Positions 25,854 to 36,049 of a stretch of DNA of 62,405 nt are shown here, piece by piece. A program made the translations under genes and the position numbers. How positions within the stretch are numbered: the first letter of the stretch is position 1; each line of letters begins with the position of its first letter. The DNA is from Euryarchaeota archaeon UBA58 (GTDB taxonomy: Archaea > Thermoplasmatota > Poseidoniia > Poseidoniales > Thalassarchaeaceae). The stretch spans positions 131,809-194,213 of the forward strand of contig DAHR01000013.1 in NCBI GenBank assembly GCA_002498525.1, given 5' to 3'. Under the pieces are notes generated by a model, which saw only the letters and a list, made by a program, of their open reading frames with translations, had not been told where the DNA came from and made no database searches.

Positions 25854-28800
25854 ATGCGTGAAAGTCGACTCACCCTCACTCCGATGCTGCTGGCAGCGAT
25901 GCTACTGCTGCTCGATTTCAGCATTGCAGCATCGGCACTTCCAAGTGTAGGAAACGACGATTCCTATGGAATCGATGAGGTCGAACCGGCTTCAATCGAG
26001 CGCGATCCGGCTTGGCCGGAGGCGCTCGTCTGCGGCCAGTCTGAGTGTGATTCGATCGACCGTTCGGTCCGCTTTCCACCCTTCGATGCGAGTTGGCCGG
26101 TCGAAGATGCGGCGTGGTGGTTCACCTATTGGTACGACCTCGATTTCAACGGCATGGATGACCGCTTGCAGCGAATCATATCTGGAGATTACGAATCTCC
26201 TTCACCAACTTCGATTATCGGACCGGATGGTCGCGATACGGTTGCCATCGTCGTCGATTATGCATGGCATCCGGGCCCAACTGACAGGGCTGACCTACGA
26301 GCCACCCTCGAAGCCCACGGCTGGGAAGCGAGAGGCTCGTGGTTCTGGCAGGCCGACATCCTCGACAGCATCTTCATTGACCACGTCCCTGTAAGTTCCC
26401 TGATCGATATCTGGCGGACCGATGGAGTCGTTCTGCTCGAGCAGCAGAACGTCATCGTGCCATTGCTCGACAGCGCCCCGCGCGGCTCGAAGGTTCGCGA
26501 TTCCGAGGTTTACGACGAGACCATGCGAGACTTCGGCTACGACGGCTCGGGCATAGTCATCGCCATCCTCGACACCGGCGTAGACAACGAACACTTCTCG
26601 CTCGACGACTTCTCGGACGACAATAACGACAATGAGAACGACCCCGATGACCTTTCCGACCCCAAATGGATCGCCGGCTGTGACGCCACCTCTCTGAACC
26701 AGAATGACTGCAATAACGCCGGTGACCACGATCCAGACGATGGTGACGGCCACGGCACTCACGTCGCTGGAATCGCCTTGGGCACCGGCGGTTCTCGGCG
26801 CGTCAACCAAGGTTACGCGCCGGGAGCATATCTCGTCGATGTCAAGGTCATGACCGACGCTGGCGGCACCAACTCAGCAGCAACGGTCAAGGGCATCAAC
26901 TGGGTCGCCGCCAATGTCGACACCGATTGGGGCAACAACGATTCCAGCATTGGCATCCAAGTCATGTCGATGTCCTTCGGCAGCGCCTCAGACCCGCAAG
27001 GCAACGATCCTGGCGACAACGGCAGCGGCGCTGACGCCCGCGCCGTCAACCAAGCCGCAGAAGCAGGTGTGGTCCCAGTAGCGGCGATTGGCAACGACGG
27101 GCGCCGCAGAATCACTTCCGTCGGCGCGGCCGACGCCTCGATCACCGTCGGCGCGATTGACGACAAGGACACGATAGGTCGTGGCGACGACGCGATCGCA
27201 TCCTATTCCAATTCAGGACCGCGTGAGGACGATGGGGACGACGACGATCAAGACGAGCTCAAACCCGACGTCGTCTCACCGGGCAGCGACATCATGTCGG
27301 CCAGACACGCTGCCTCAACCAGCCCAATTCCCGGCACCCCCAAACCCCTCGCAAAGGACGGCTACCTCGAGATGAGCGGCACCAGCATGGCTTGTCCAGC
27401 GGTAGCCGGATTCGTCGCAGTGATTCTACAGATCAGCGAGGAAGAAGGCTTGGACCTCGACCCTCAGGAAGTCAAGGACCTGCTGCGCGAGAACTCGGAT
27501 TCGAGGGGCGAAGCCTCTGAACCTGACGCATCAGACACCTGGAACGAACAGTACGGCTTCGGAATAATCGATGGCAATCTCATACTCTCAGCGATGCTCG
27601 GCAACGGCGGAGGCAATGGAGGCAACGGAACCGAACCACCACCACCCGGTGAGGGCGAATGGCTGGTCATCGAGCGACCGATCGAAGACTCTTGGCTAGT
27701 CGAGGGCGAGACCTATTCGGTGCGAGGTCACATCGACGAGGATGCAGAGACCAACGGCAGCGTCGAGGAGGTTCAGGTGAAGATAACCTACACTCACAAA
27801 CCCGAGGACTCACCGACTCGGGAAGTCATTCTCGTCAATTGGCACAAAGCCCAAGGAACGGCCAATTGGTCGACGGATTTCTCGATTCCGGAATTCCGTG
27901 AGGATGATATCAACGCGCTCGAGATCAAAGTCTTCGTACAAGCCCGCAACGAGTACGATCAGTGGAGCGAGACTCAGCGTCAGGACCACGAACTCGGCGT
28001 CGTCGAAGTGACCCTCGAGAGTCCGAGTGGTCAATCTTCGGTTGCTGGGAATGTTCGCTTCGAAGGGCAGTATGAGACTGTGAATGGCGGCACTCTGCAG
28101 TCGCGCGTCGGCAAGGATGACTGGATGGATGAGGTCACCTACGCGGGCTCGGGCGGGAGCACTGGTTCGTTCAATTTCAATTGGGATTCCACCGAGCATC
28201 CAGATGGTTCACATCGGCTTTCGATCCGGCTGACGAGCGGAGGAGGGATTCGATCTGAGGAGATTCGTATCACCGTTGAAGTCGACAATTATCCTCCCGC
28301 CCCCGACCTCATGTTCAGGAGCGGTCTGACGGTCTCTGAGTGGGGAATTCCGCTGGCTGATACCTTCGTCAATTCCTTCGTCGATGTCAGCGCGGAGATT
28401 CGCAACGACGGCGATATGGCGGCGAGCAACGTCGTCGTCTATCTGCTGGAAGAGGGCAGTCGAAAATACGAATTGACGATTCCTTCGATCAATACTGGCG
28501 ACATCATCGAGGTCGTCCTTTACTGGAATCCGAGCGATGTCGGCACCCGTACACTGACCATCGCACTCGATCCGGGTGATTCGATCGCGGAGATCGATGA
28601 GACGAATAACGACGCCAGCCTTGATTTCCTCGTCGTCCAACGACCGGTTGGCGTCGACCTCTCATTCAGTCCGGGCGCCATCAGGACACTGCCGGCTGTG
28701 CCTCGTCCGGGAGAGCAGTTCCAGATCAGCGCGAGGGTCGACAACCTCGGCTCGACAGCCGCCGAGAACGTCGAAGCCTCTCTGCTTCTGAAGACCGATA

Positions 28801-30677
28801 GAGGCTGGGAGTTGACACTCTCGACCAGCATCCCACTCATCGCGGGCGCAGGAAGTCAGATCGTCAACTTCGCCCAGGTCGCAGATGCGGCTGGACCCTT
28901 CGAATTCAGAATCACACTTGCTGGATCCACACTCTCAGACATCGACTGGAGCAATAATCAGGTCGAGTGGACCGCTCTGGTCGACAAGACCACGATCGCC
29001 GGTGGCAGGATAACGAATTTCCAATCCGGCGAGATTCCAGTTGAGATCATCGAGCTCGAGGGCGAGGGTATCGTCGTCACCTCGAGAGACGGAGGATTGG
29101 CCCTTTACAGGCTCAATTCCGACCGCGGCATGACCCCCTGCACCAATTTACTGGAAGTGACGTGGTCGGGTGATTTCGCTTCTGCCAGCACCGATGACGG
29201 AATCGCCCACATCATCTGGACGCGAAGATACCTCGACACGAACGGATATCTGCAGCAGACGGTCTCCTACTCGACCATCGACTCAGCCTGTCAGATGACG
29301 CCGATTCAGGATCTGATGGAGCCGATTCTGCTCTCCGACGGAAAATACTGGGGCATCGACCTCGATTTGAAAGGCTCAGACATCCTCATCTCAGGATATC
29401 ACAGGGATTTGCTGACCGGCGGCACCTATCAGGACCTGACGAGCATCTTCACACTGCAGGCCGACGCCCCGACTTCTTCGAATGACTGGTCATTCACTCC
29501 CAACGTCGTTGCCGACATCGACGTCATCGCCGGACAGACCGATGATGTGCAGATCGAGTTCGGCGACGAGGATGGCCACATCCTCTACCAATCATTTAGG
29601 AACGACACAACGGGTATCGAGAGACTAGGTCTGTGGTATGCGCATGGGGAGTTGGGCAGGTCGTCCTGGTCGTACAAGAAGGCGGTCGGTGACGAGGCTT
29701 CGCTGGCGCAGATGAAGGTCCACACGATTGAGAATGAGGATCGCTTGATCGTCGTTTGGCGCGAGGGCTCAGGACAAGACACCGAACTCGTGGCGATGAT
29801 CGCTGATGACACATTCGAGGCGATTGAAAATCTCTCAATGAGACTCTCAGCACCCGGTTTCAGCAGGTTGGTCTTCCTCGAGACGAGCCGAGGCGTGCAG
29901 GTGATGCACGATATGGTAGGGCCGACAGGACCACAGATCCAGTACGGGATGATCAACGCGGAGTCGGGCTGGATCGCGATCTCGGATCGAATCGCCGATG
30001 GCTGGTTGCATTCCGTCGATCGCGCTCCATCTGGCGATGAAGCGGTGATGATCCACACATCGAGTCAAGGCTGGGTGATTCGCGCGATGATAGATGACAG
30101 CATATCGAGTCGCGATGATATCGATATCCTCGAGCAATTGAGGTACAGCCTAGGGCTCGATGAGAACAGTTTCAACATCCTCCTCGGAGGTGTTGCAATC
30201 GCCGTGCTGCTCCTCTGCACAATCGTTCTGGGAGTGCTTTCGGGGCGAGCCATCCGCTGGATGGGAGGGGGGAGGAGAGTGCGCGCTGAAGGCACTCTGT
30301 TACTGGAGGAGGATGTTGTAGAAGTCATCGATGATGACGACATTCCAGTCACCGCTGTCGACACCTCTTCGATCGTCGAATTGGTCGAAACTGGACCTGA
30401 AAGCGACGCCGGTGGGCAACGGCGACAGCGCCGCGAGAGGCGAGCGGCAGTGGCTGATGCAACCGAGATCGGAACGTTGCCGTCGATGCCACAATCACCC
30501 GAATCAGCAGCTGTGCCTGCAGAATTGCCCCCTCTCGATGAAGGTATGCCAATGCCGCCGGGAATGCCGATGCTCAACCGACCGGTGATGTGCCCTGAGT
30601 GTTCGAGCAGATTCGAAGTCGCGGCAGACTTGACGATGACTCGCTGTCCAATCTGTGCTCTGCGCATCGATTTCTGA
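25854..30677 (+). CDS. Giant (1607 aa) S8 subtilisin-like serine protease, type-I anchored, with CARDB-like modules and a cytoplasmic zinc ribbon
   Basis: Signal peptide. Catalytic contexts AILDTGVD (Asp), HGTHVAG (His) and SGTSMACP (Ser) lie within nt ~26526-27593. CARDB-like segments are present (NDGDMAASNVVVYL, VDNLGSTAAENVEASL). TM helix ILLGGVAIAVLLLCTIVLGVL. The tail ends CPECSSRFEV...CPICALRIDF. Confidence 0.9.
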   Translation: MRESRLTLTPMLLAAMLLLLDFSIAASALPSVGNDDSYGIDEVEPASIERDPAWPEALVCGQSECDSIDRSVRFPPFDASWPVEDAAWWFTYWYDLDFNGMDDRLQRIISGDYESPSPTSIIGPDGRDTVAIVVDYAWHPGPTDRADLRATLEAHGWEARGSWFWQADILDSIFIDHVPVSSLIDIWRTDGVVLLEQQNVIVPLLDSAPRGSKVRDSEVYDETMRDFGYDGSGIVIAILDTGVDNEHFSLDDFSDDNNDNENDPDDLSDPKWIAGCDATSLNQNDCNNAGDHDPDDGDGHGTHVAGIALGTGGSRRVNQGYAPGAYLVDVKVMTDAGGTNSAATVKGINWVAANVDTDWGNNDSSIGIQVMSMSFGSASDPQGNDPGDNGSGADARAVNQAAEAGVVPVAAIGNDGRRRITSVGAADASITVGAIDDKDTIGRGDDAIASYSNSGPREDDGDDDDQDELKPDVVSPGSDIMSARHAASTSPIPGTPKPLAKDGYLEMSGTSMACPAVAGFVAVILQISEEEGLDLDPQEVKDLLRENSDSRGEASEPDASDTWNEQYGFGIIDGNLILSAMLGNGGGNGGNGTEPPPPGEGEWLVIERPIEDSWLVEGETYSVRGHIDEDAETNGSVEEVQVKITYTHKPEDSPTREVILVNWHKAQGTANWSTDFSIPEFREDDINALEIKVFVQARNEYDQWSETQRQDHELGVVEVTLESPSGQSSVAGNVRFEGQYETVNGGTLQSRVGKDDWMDEVTYAGSGGSTGSFNFNWDSTEHPDGSHRLSIRLTSGGGIRSEEIRITVEVDNYPPAPDLMFRSGLTVSEWGIPLADTFVNSFVDVSAEIRNDGDMAASNVVVYLLEEGSRKYELTIPSINTGDIIEVVLYWNPSDVGTRTLTIALDPGDSIAEIDETNNDASLDFLVVQRPVGVDLSFSPGAIRTLPAVPRPGEQFQISARVDNLGSTAAENVEASLLLKTDRGWELTLSTSIPLIAGAGSQIVNFAQVADAAGPFEFRITLAGSTLSDIDWSNNQVEWTALVDKTTIAGGRITNFQSGEIPVEIIELEGEGIVVTSRDGGLALYRLNSDRGMTPCTNLLEVTWSGDFASASTDDGIAHIIWTRRYLDTNGYLQQTVSYSTIDSACQMTPIQDLMEPILLSDGKYWGIDLDLKGSDILISGYHRDLLTGGTYQDLTSIFTLQADAPTSSNDWSFTPNVVADIDVIAGQTDDVQIEFGDEDGHILYQSFRNDTTGIERLGLWYAHGELGRSSWSYKKAVGDEASLAQMKVHTIENEDRLIVVWREGSGQDTELVAMIADDTFEAIENLSMRLSAPGFSRLVFLETSRGVQVMHDMVGPTGPQIQYGMINAESGWIAISDRIADGWLHSVDRAPSGDEAVMIHTSSQGWVIRAMIDDSISSRDDIDILEQLRYSLGLDENSFNILLGGVAIAVLLLCTIVLGVLSGRAIRWMGGGRRVRAEGTLLLEEDVVEVIDDDDIPVTAVDTSSIVELVETGPESDAGGQRRQRRERRAAVADATEIGTLPSMPQSPESAAVPAELPPLDEGMPMPPGMPMLNRPVMCPECSSRFEVAADLTMTRCPICALRIDF

Positions 30678-30687
30678 GGTGATTGAC

Positions 30688-31341
30688 GTGCTTCGCGTCA
30701 GAGTCGCATCCGCTTCTGAAAGGCGACTCGCCTGGCTTGTGGAACGCTTCGAAGTCGTCGAAGACGTCGATATTTTCGCCACTCCGCTGCTCTTCGATGA
30801 ACCGGTCGTGAAGGTCGGGATTCCTGTTTGTCAACAGACCACCGACACCTGTCTGGCGAAGGCTGAGGCGGCGGCGAGTGAGGTTGCCATGGCTCGATCG
30901 ATCGGCTCGGAGCTACCCGATCTGATTCTCGTCGCCGATACAATCGTCGAGGATCCTGACGACCCGAATGTGCCATTGGGCAAGCCCGAAGATGCTGCCC
31001 AAGCGACGACGATGCTGCTCCGACTGTCTGGAACTCGCCACCGAGTCTGGTCCGCCAGCGCCATTTTGCAGCCGCCCGGCCGAGACGGTGAACACAGATT
31101 GCACGGTGGTTGGACTGCGAATCTTTGGACTGAATCCGCAGTCGTCGAATTCGACGAACTGAGCCAGGACCGCCTCGTCGAACTCGTCAGCAGCGGCTCT
31201 TGGCAAGGCAAGGCAGGAGCTTACGATCTGGCAGGTGCTGCCGCTGCTGATGCGAAATTGATCGAGGGCGAGGAGGTGACCGTCCTCGGTCTCGCCCCTT
31301 CAGCTGTGACTGCATTGTACAATGCAATCACTTCACCCTGA
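30688..31341 (+). CDS. Maf-like nucleoside-triphosphate pyrophosphatase
   Basis: VASASERRLAWL, VADTIV...LGKPED, SGTRHRVWS and GKAGAYDL match the Maf pattern. GTG 30688 is preceded by GAGGTGA. Confidence 0.75.
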   Translation: MLRVRVASASERRLAWLVERFEVVEDVDIFATPLLFDEPVVKVGIPVCQQTTDTCLAKAEAAASEVAMARSIGSELPDLILVADTIVEDPDDPNVPLGKPEDAAQATTMLLRLSGTRHRVWSASAILQPPGRDGEHRLHGGWTANLWTESAVVEFDELSQDRLVELVSSGSWQGKAGAYDLAGAAAADAKLIEGEEVTVLGLAPSAVTALYNAITSP

Positions 31342-31366
31342 TGTGAGGCGTCTGCGGACAGAGACC

Positions 31367-31834
31367 TCATTGTGAGCGCTGAGCCCACCAATCGGGGTCC
31401 GATTCGGCCTTCTCGACCAAATCTCGCAGTGCCGCTAAGGTCGTCTCGTGCAGATGATGCTCGATGCCCTCGGTGTCGGTATGAGCAGTCTCCTCATCGA
31501 CACCGAGAACCTGCAGGAAACGAACGATCAATCCATGCCTCTCGCGCAAGCCAACAGCAGCCTTGCGCCCAGCTTCAGTCAGCTGCGCACCACGATATCG
31601 TTCGTACTCGACCAGACCATCCTCAGCCATCCGTTTGAGCATCTTGGTCACCGTCGGGCGAGCAACCGAGAGATGCTCGGCGATGCGCGCCGATTTCGCC
31701 CGCCCCTCGACCAACTCCAATTCATGCAGGACCTCGAGGTAATCCTCGACTCGAACGCTGTGTCGAGCAGAGCGGCGCTGACCATCCGCGAGGTGAGCGG
31801 AACGAAGCGCATCGAGTCGGTTCGCATCAGTCAT
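31367..31834 (-). CDS. DtxR/MntR-family metal-dependent transcriptional repressor
   Basis: Winged-helix region SARIAEHLSVARPTVTKMLKRMAEDGLV, then the metal-site region AHTDTEGIEHHLHE. ATG 31834 lies 2 nt after the upstream gene's stop. Confidence 0.85.
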   Translation of the reverse strand: MTDANRLDALRSAHLADGQRRSARHSVRVEDYLEVLHELELVEGRAKSARIAEHLSVARPTVTKMLKRMAEDGLVEYERYRGAQLTEAGRKAAVGLRERHGLIVRFLQVLGVDEETAHTDTEGIEHHLHETTLAALRDLVEKAESDPDWWAQRSQ

Positions 31835-31836
31835 CT

Positions 31837-32316
31837 TCACACCTCGACGAAAGTTACTCCGCCATGCTTCAGAACGAATTCGCGCTGCAACTCGTCGAAC
31901 CACTGCAACATCGCCGCAGCAAAGCGAACAGTGACCACTTCCTCATCCATCAGAAGGTCATCTTGGATGCCCCTCAGAGTACCCGGAGCAGCCCCGCAGG
32001 AAACACAGGCACCATCGAGATCTATGACCAGCGAGAGAGCCTCTGCACCGGAGTGCATCCTCTTGACATCGCAAGCAGCTATGAGAAGCCCTCCACCATG
32101 CCCATCGAGAGCCGCTCGGACCGGTCCGAGTCGCGCCATCAGAGCGGGCACCAGATCGGGGTCATCGGAGCTGACCAACGATAACAGGGAGAGTCCCCTC
32201 AGCCGAGCCAACTCATCCGGATCGTGAGCCTCCGTGATGCGCTTCTGAGCCTCCTTCTCGATTAGCGCCTCAACCTGCAGACGATAGGCCTCGGCGAGAT
32301 CGTCCACATCCGACAT
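31837..32316 (-). CDS. NifU/Nfu C-terminal-domain-like Fe-S assembly protein
   Basis: VRAALDGHGGGL...LDGACVSCGAAPGTLRGIQDDL matches the Nfu CxxC scaffold domain. Confidence 0.7.
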   Translation of the reverse strand: MSDVDDLAEAYRLQVEALIEKEAQKRITEAHDPDELARLRGLSLLSLVSSDDPDLVPALMARLGPVRAALDGHGGGLLIAACDVKRMHSGAEALSLVIDLDGACVSCGAAPGTLRGIQDDLLMDEEVVTVRFAAAMLQWFDELQREFVLKHGGVTFVEV

Positions 32317-32440
32317 GGTGAGCCGGTGTGGTCACCCCTACTTCTGATTCACCATCGAAAAAAACGCAGAATCGACGGACCGTCTATGACGGTTGCATTG
32401 AAAAGGGGCAAAGCATCGGGAAAGGTTGAGGGAGCCCTAA

Positions 32441-33238
32441 ATGTCAGTTGACCCACCCGTTCTTGAGATTCGTGACCTTCATGCTGGAATCGATGATACG
32501 CCGATTCTGAATGGCATCGATCTGAAGATAGAATCGGGAGAGATTCATGCGTTAATGGGCCGAAACGGCAGCGGAAAGACGACTGCTGCGAACATCATCA
32601 TGGGCCATCCGGAATTCGAGGTCTCGCAAGGCAGCGTCGAACTCAACGGCAAGGATATCCTGGAGATGAAACCGTGGGAGAGGGCTCGAGCCGGTGTCTT
32701 CCTCTCCTTCCAATATCCACAAGCCGTCCCGGGTTTACAGGTCGGTAACTTCCTCCGCAAGTCAGTCGCAGCGATCAATGGCGAAGATGCTGCGAAGGGT
32801 CCCGAGTTCCGCCGTACTCTGAAGAGTGCGATGGCGGAACTCGACATGCCGCGCTCCTTCCTCGGCCGCTACGTCAACGATGGCTTCAGCGGCGGCGAGA
32901 AGAAGCGCTTCGAGATCCTACAATTGATGCTGATCAAGCCGAAGCTGGCGATTCTCGACGAGACCGATTCGGGCTTGGACATCGATGGTATCAAGACCGT
33001 CGCGAAGGGCATCAACTCAGCGGTTCGCGGCAGCGATTCCGCGGCTCTCATCATCACTCATTATTCGAGAATCCTCGAACATGTCAAGCCCGACAGGGTA
33101 CATGTCCTAATCAAGGGCAGAATCGTCAAAAGCGGTGGCCCTGAACTCGCCCTCGAACTCGAGGAGCGCGGTTATGACTGGCTCATCCCTAGCGGCGAAG
33201 ACTCCGAGTCCGAGACGGTCGCGGCGACGAAAGATTAA
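32441..33238 (+). CDS. sufC: Fe-S cluster assembly ATPase SufC
   Basis: GRNGSGKTT, FSGGEKKR and ILDETDSGLDID motifs, with typical SufC N- and C-termini. GAGGGAG precedes the ATG. Confidence 0.95.
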   Translation: MSVDPPVLEIRDLHAGIDDTPILNGIDLKIESGEIHALMGRNGSGKTTAANIIMGHPEFEVSQGSVELNGKDILEMKPWERARAGVFLSFQYPQAVPGLQVGNFLRKSVAAINGEDAAKGPEFRRTLKSAMAELDMPRSFLGRYVNDGFSGGEKKRFEILQLMLIKPKLAILDETDSGLDIDGIKTVAKGINSAVRGSDSAALIITHYSRILEHVKPDRVHVLIKGRIVKSGGPELALELEERGYDWLIPSGEDSESETVAATKD

Positions 33239-33274
33239 GGTCAGATGAGAATTGGAAATAAACGAGGCGAGTGA

Positions 33275-34711
33275 ATGACGGAACAAGAAGCAAGCACGAT
33301 GATGACGCCCGAAGAAGTGAGCACGGTGGTCGGCGATTACAAGGCCGGCTGGCACGATCCTGAGAATTCGACCATCCGTTTCGACAATGGTCTGTCAGAG
33401 CAAGTCGTGCGCGACATCTCGGCGCTCAAGGACGAGCCTGAGTGGATGACTGAGTTCCGTGTCAAGGCCTATCGGCACTACGAGAAGCGACCGATGCCGA
33501 CATGGGGCAACATGTCCTTGCTCGAGCAGATTGATTTCGACAACATCTGCTACTTCCTGCGCTCCGGCGAAGGCACGGAGACGAATTGGGATGACGTTCC
33601 CGAGGACATCCGCAACACCTTCCAGAAGCTGGGCATTCCCGAGGCCGAGCAGAAGTGGCTCTCCGGCGTCACGGCCCAATACGAGTCCGAGGCCGTCTAT
33701 CATTCGATTCGCGAAGACCTCGTGAAGCAGGGAGTAATCTTCCTCGACATGGACAGTGGTCTTCGCGAATATCCTGAGCTTGTCAAGAAATGGTTCTGTT
33801 CGGTCATACCATATTCCGACAACAAGTTCAGCGCCCTCAACACCGCAGTCTGGTCCGGCGGCTCTTTCATCTACGTCCCGAAAGGCGTTCACGTCGAGAT
33901 GCCGGTACAGGCGTATTTCCGCATCAATGCAAAGAACATGGGGCAGTTCGAGCGCACTCTGATCATCGCCGACGAAGGCAGCAGCATCCACTACGTCGAA
34001 GGCTGCACAGCCCCGACCTACTCGAGCGATTCGCTGCATTCCGCCGTCGTCGAACTCATCGCCCTGCCCGGCGCCTACATCCGCTACAGCACCGTGCAGA
34101 ACTGGAGCGCGAACGTCTACAACCTCGTCACCAAGCGCGGCATCGCCCACGAGAACGCGACCATCGAATGGGTCGATGGCAACTTAGGTTCCAAGCTCAC
34201 GATGAAGTATCCATCAGTGATCCTCAAGGGCGAAGGAGCCCACGCAGAAGTCATCTCCGTGGCCTACTCCGGCAAAGGTCAACACCAGGACACCGGAGCC
34301 AAGATCCATCATCTGGCGAGCAACACGACGAGCAAGATCCTCTCGAAATCCATCAGCAAGGATGGCGGACGCGGCTCGTATCGCGGACTCGTCACGGTCT
34401 CGGCGAAAGCCGAGAATTGCAAAGTCAACGTCGTCTGTGACGCGCTCATCCTCGACGAGGAATCGCGCTCCGACACCTATCCGACGATGGAGGTGGCGAA
34501 TTCGACGGCACGCTGTGAGCACGAGGCCAGTGTTTCGAAGGTGAGTGACGAGCAGTTGTTCTATCTGATGAGCAGAGGGCACGCGGAGAACGAAGCGCTG
34601 GCGATGATCGTCAACGGCTTCTTCGAGCCTTTCACGCGCGAACTTCCGATGGAATACGCTGTCGAATTGAACCATCTGATGGCACTCGAGATGGAAGGCA
34701 GCATCGGCTGA
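33275..34711 (+). CDS. sufB: Fe-S cluster assembly scaffold SufB
   Basis: Conserved SufB blocks include [14 protein letters not shown] and [10 protein letters not shown], plus the C-terminal FYLMSRG..EA motif. Confidence 0.95.
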   Translation: MTEQEASTMMTPEEVSTVVGDYKAGWHDPENSTIRFDNGLSEQVVRDISALKDEPEWMTEFRVKAYRHYEKRPMPTWGNMSLLEQIDFDNICYFLRSGEGTETNWDDVPEDIRNTFQKLGIPEAEQKWLSGVTAQYESEAVYHSIREDLVKQGVIFLDMDSGLREYPELVKKWFCSVIPYSDNKFSALNTAVWSGGSFIYVPKGVHVEMPVQAYFRINAKNMGQFERTLIIADEGSSIHYVEGCTAPTYSSDSLHSAVVELIALPGAYIRYSTVQNWSANVYNLVTKRGIAHENATIEWVDGNLGSKLTMKYPSVILKGEGAHAEVISVAYSGKGQHQDTGAKIHHLASNTTSKILSKSISKDGGRGSYRGLVTVSAKAENCKVNVVCDALILDEESRSDTYPTMEVANSTARCEHEASVSKVSDEQLFYLMSRGHAENEALAMIVNGFFEPFTRELPMEYAVELNHLMALEMEGSIG

Positions 34712-34759
34712 TTCTGTTCGAACCACAGAGGTCGCAGAGAACACGGGAGAAGGGTGTGA

Positions 34760-35866
34760 ATGGACGCTGCGAGTCAATATCTATCGCTGGATGAACCACA
34801 TCGGGCGAATCACCTGTGGCGCTACTCTCCGTGGCGCAAGGTGCATCCGACCGGCAAGGTTGGCGAGATTCCGACGAGTCTGGCCTCACCGACGCTGACG
34901 CTGACTTCGCTTAGTGGCGGAGTCGTTCTGGCTGGTATCTCGCTCGAGAAGTCAAGCGGCGCTAACCAAGTGCTTCACCATGCCGACGCGGTGACTGAGT
35001 CCTTCCTCAAAGCGATCACCACGGATTCTGCTTTCACTCTGCGAGTCGAGAACAATTTCATCCCCAGCGAGCCGATATTCCTCGACATCGACACAGGCGA
35101 TTCGCCCTGCGCAGTCCATCTGACATTGGATGTCGGACGGCATTGCGAATTCGAACTCATCACACAGATTGACGGCGCTGCGCCATGGACGGGATTACTG
35201 CGCAGCGGTCGCATCGGTGAGGGCACTATCCTCAACGATGTCGTCATAGGCCACACCGATGCGGGTACCTTTCTGCGCGTCGATAACATCTCCATCGGCC
35301 GCGACGCGCAGGTCAAGACCGGCACGGTCAGTTCAGGCAGCGAGCGAACCAAGGCCGACCTGCGCTACAGAATGGGCGAGATTGGTGGCCATCTCAGAGT
35401 CCTCGGCTCGATCCTCGCGTCTGATAAGATGCACCTCGATCACCACGTCGAGATCCATCACGACGCACCCGAGACCTTCAGCCGCCTCGAATGGCATTCC
35501 GCCTGCGGCGGCAAGAGTCGCACCGTCGGAACCGGCATGCTGCGAATCGTCGACGGCGCTCACGGCGCAGATGCGTCTCAACTATTCCAGAATCTCCTGC
35601 TCTCGAAGGGTGCCAAGGCTGACAGTATTCCTGAACTCGAGGTCAGCGAGCACAATGTCGTCGGTTGCGGTCACGGGACCGCCAGCGGACCTGTCGACGA
35701 GGACCAGATGTTCTACCTCGAATCGCGCGGCTTCGACACCGACCAAGCCCGCGACACACTGGTCGCGGCTTTCCTCAATTCAACCCTCATCGCCATGGGC
35801 AGTGAGACGATGCACGAATGGCTGACCAACCATCTGCAAGAAGAGCTCGCTGACCTCAGTTCCTGA
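34760..35866 (+). CDS. sufD: Fe-S cluster assembly protein SufD
   Basis: Position after sufB and beta-helix-type repeats. The C-terminal QMFYLESRGFD..AR..LV motif is shared with the SufB/D family. Confidence 0.85.
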   Translation: MDAASQYLSLDEPHRANHLWRYSPWRKVHPTGKVGEIPTSLASPTLTLTSLSGGVVLAGISLEKSSGANQVLHHADAVTESFLKAITTDSAFTLRVENNFIPSEPIFLDIDTGDSPCAVHLTLDVGRHCEFELITQIDGAAPWTGLLRSGRIGEGTILNDVVIGHTDAGTFLRVDNISIGRDAQVKTGTVSSGSERTKADLRYRMGEIGGHLRVLGSILASDKMHLDHHVEIHHDAPETFSRLEWHSACGGKSRTVGTGMLRIVDGAHGADASQLFQNLLLSKGAKADSIPELEVSEHNVVGCGHGTASGPVDEDQMFYLESRGFDTDQARDTLVAAFLNSTLIAMGSETMHEWLTNHLQEELADLSS

Positions 35867-35902
35867 GCAATTCATTTGAACCGTGAGCGGCTGAATCGGG
35901 CC

Positions 35903-36043
35903 GTGGACCACGACCATTGCGCTGCAATCGACTGCGAATGCGGCTACATCGGCGCATCGATTCCGATGCGCCAACACATGGAGTGTCCGCGCTGCCACCG
36001 TGTCGTCGAAGCCTGCTGCGAAGGCGTGCCTGACTATTCCTGA
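35903..36043 (+). CDS. Possible small Cys-rich (zinc-ribbon-like) ORF, 46 codons
   Basis: My own translation gives VDHDHCAAIDCECGYIGASIPMRQHMECPRCHRVVEACCEGVPDYS*. It has 7 Cys including CPRC. An alternative TTG start lies at 35876. It is below the ORF-track cutoff and has no clear Shine-Dalgarno element. Confidence 0.25.
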   Translation: MDHDHCAAIDCECGYIGASIPMRQHMECPRCHRVVEACCEGVPDYS

Positions 36044-36049
36044 GCGCAC

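Noticed and set aside
35780-36049. 89-aa minus-strand ORF overlapping the sufD 3' end
   Set aside because: It has no motif, overlaps sufD by ~87 nt and competes with a Cys-rich plus-strand small ORF. It is probably a shadow frame.
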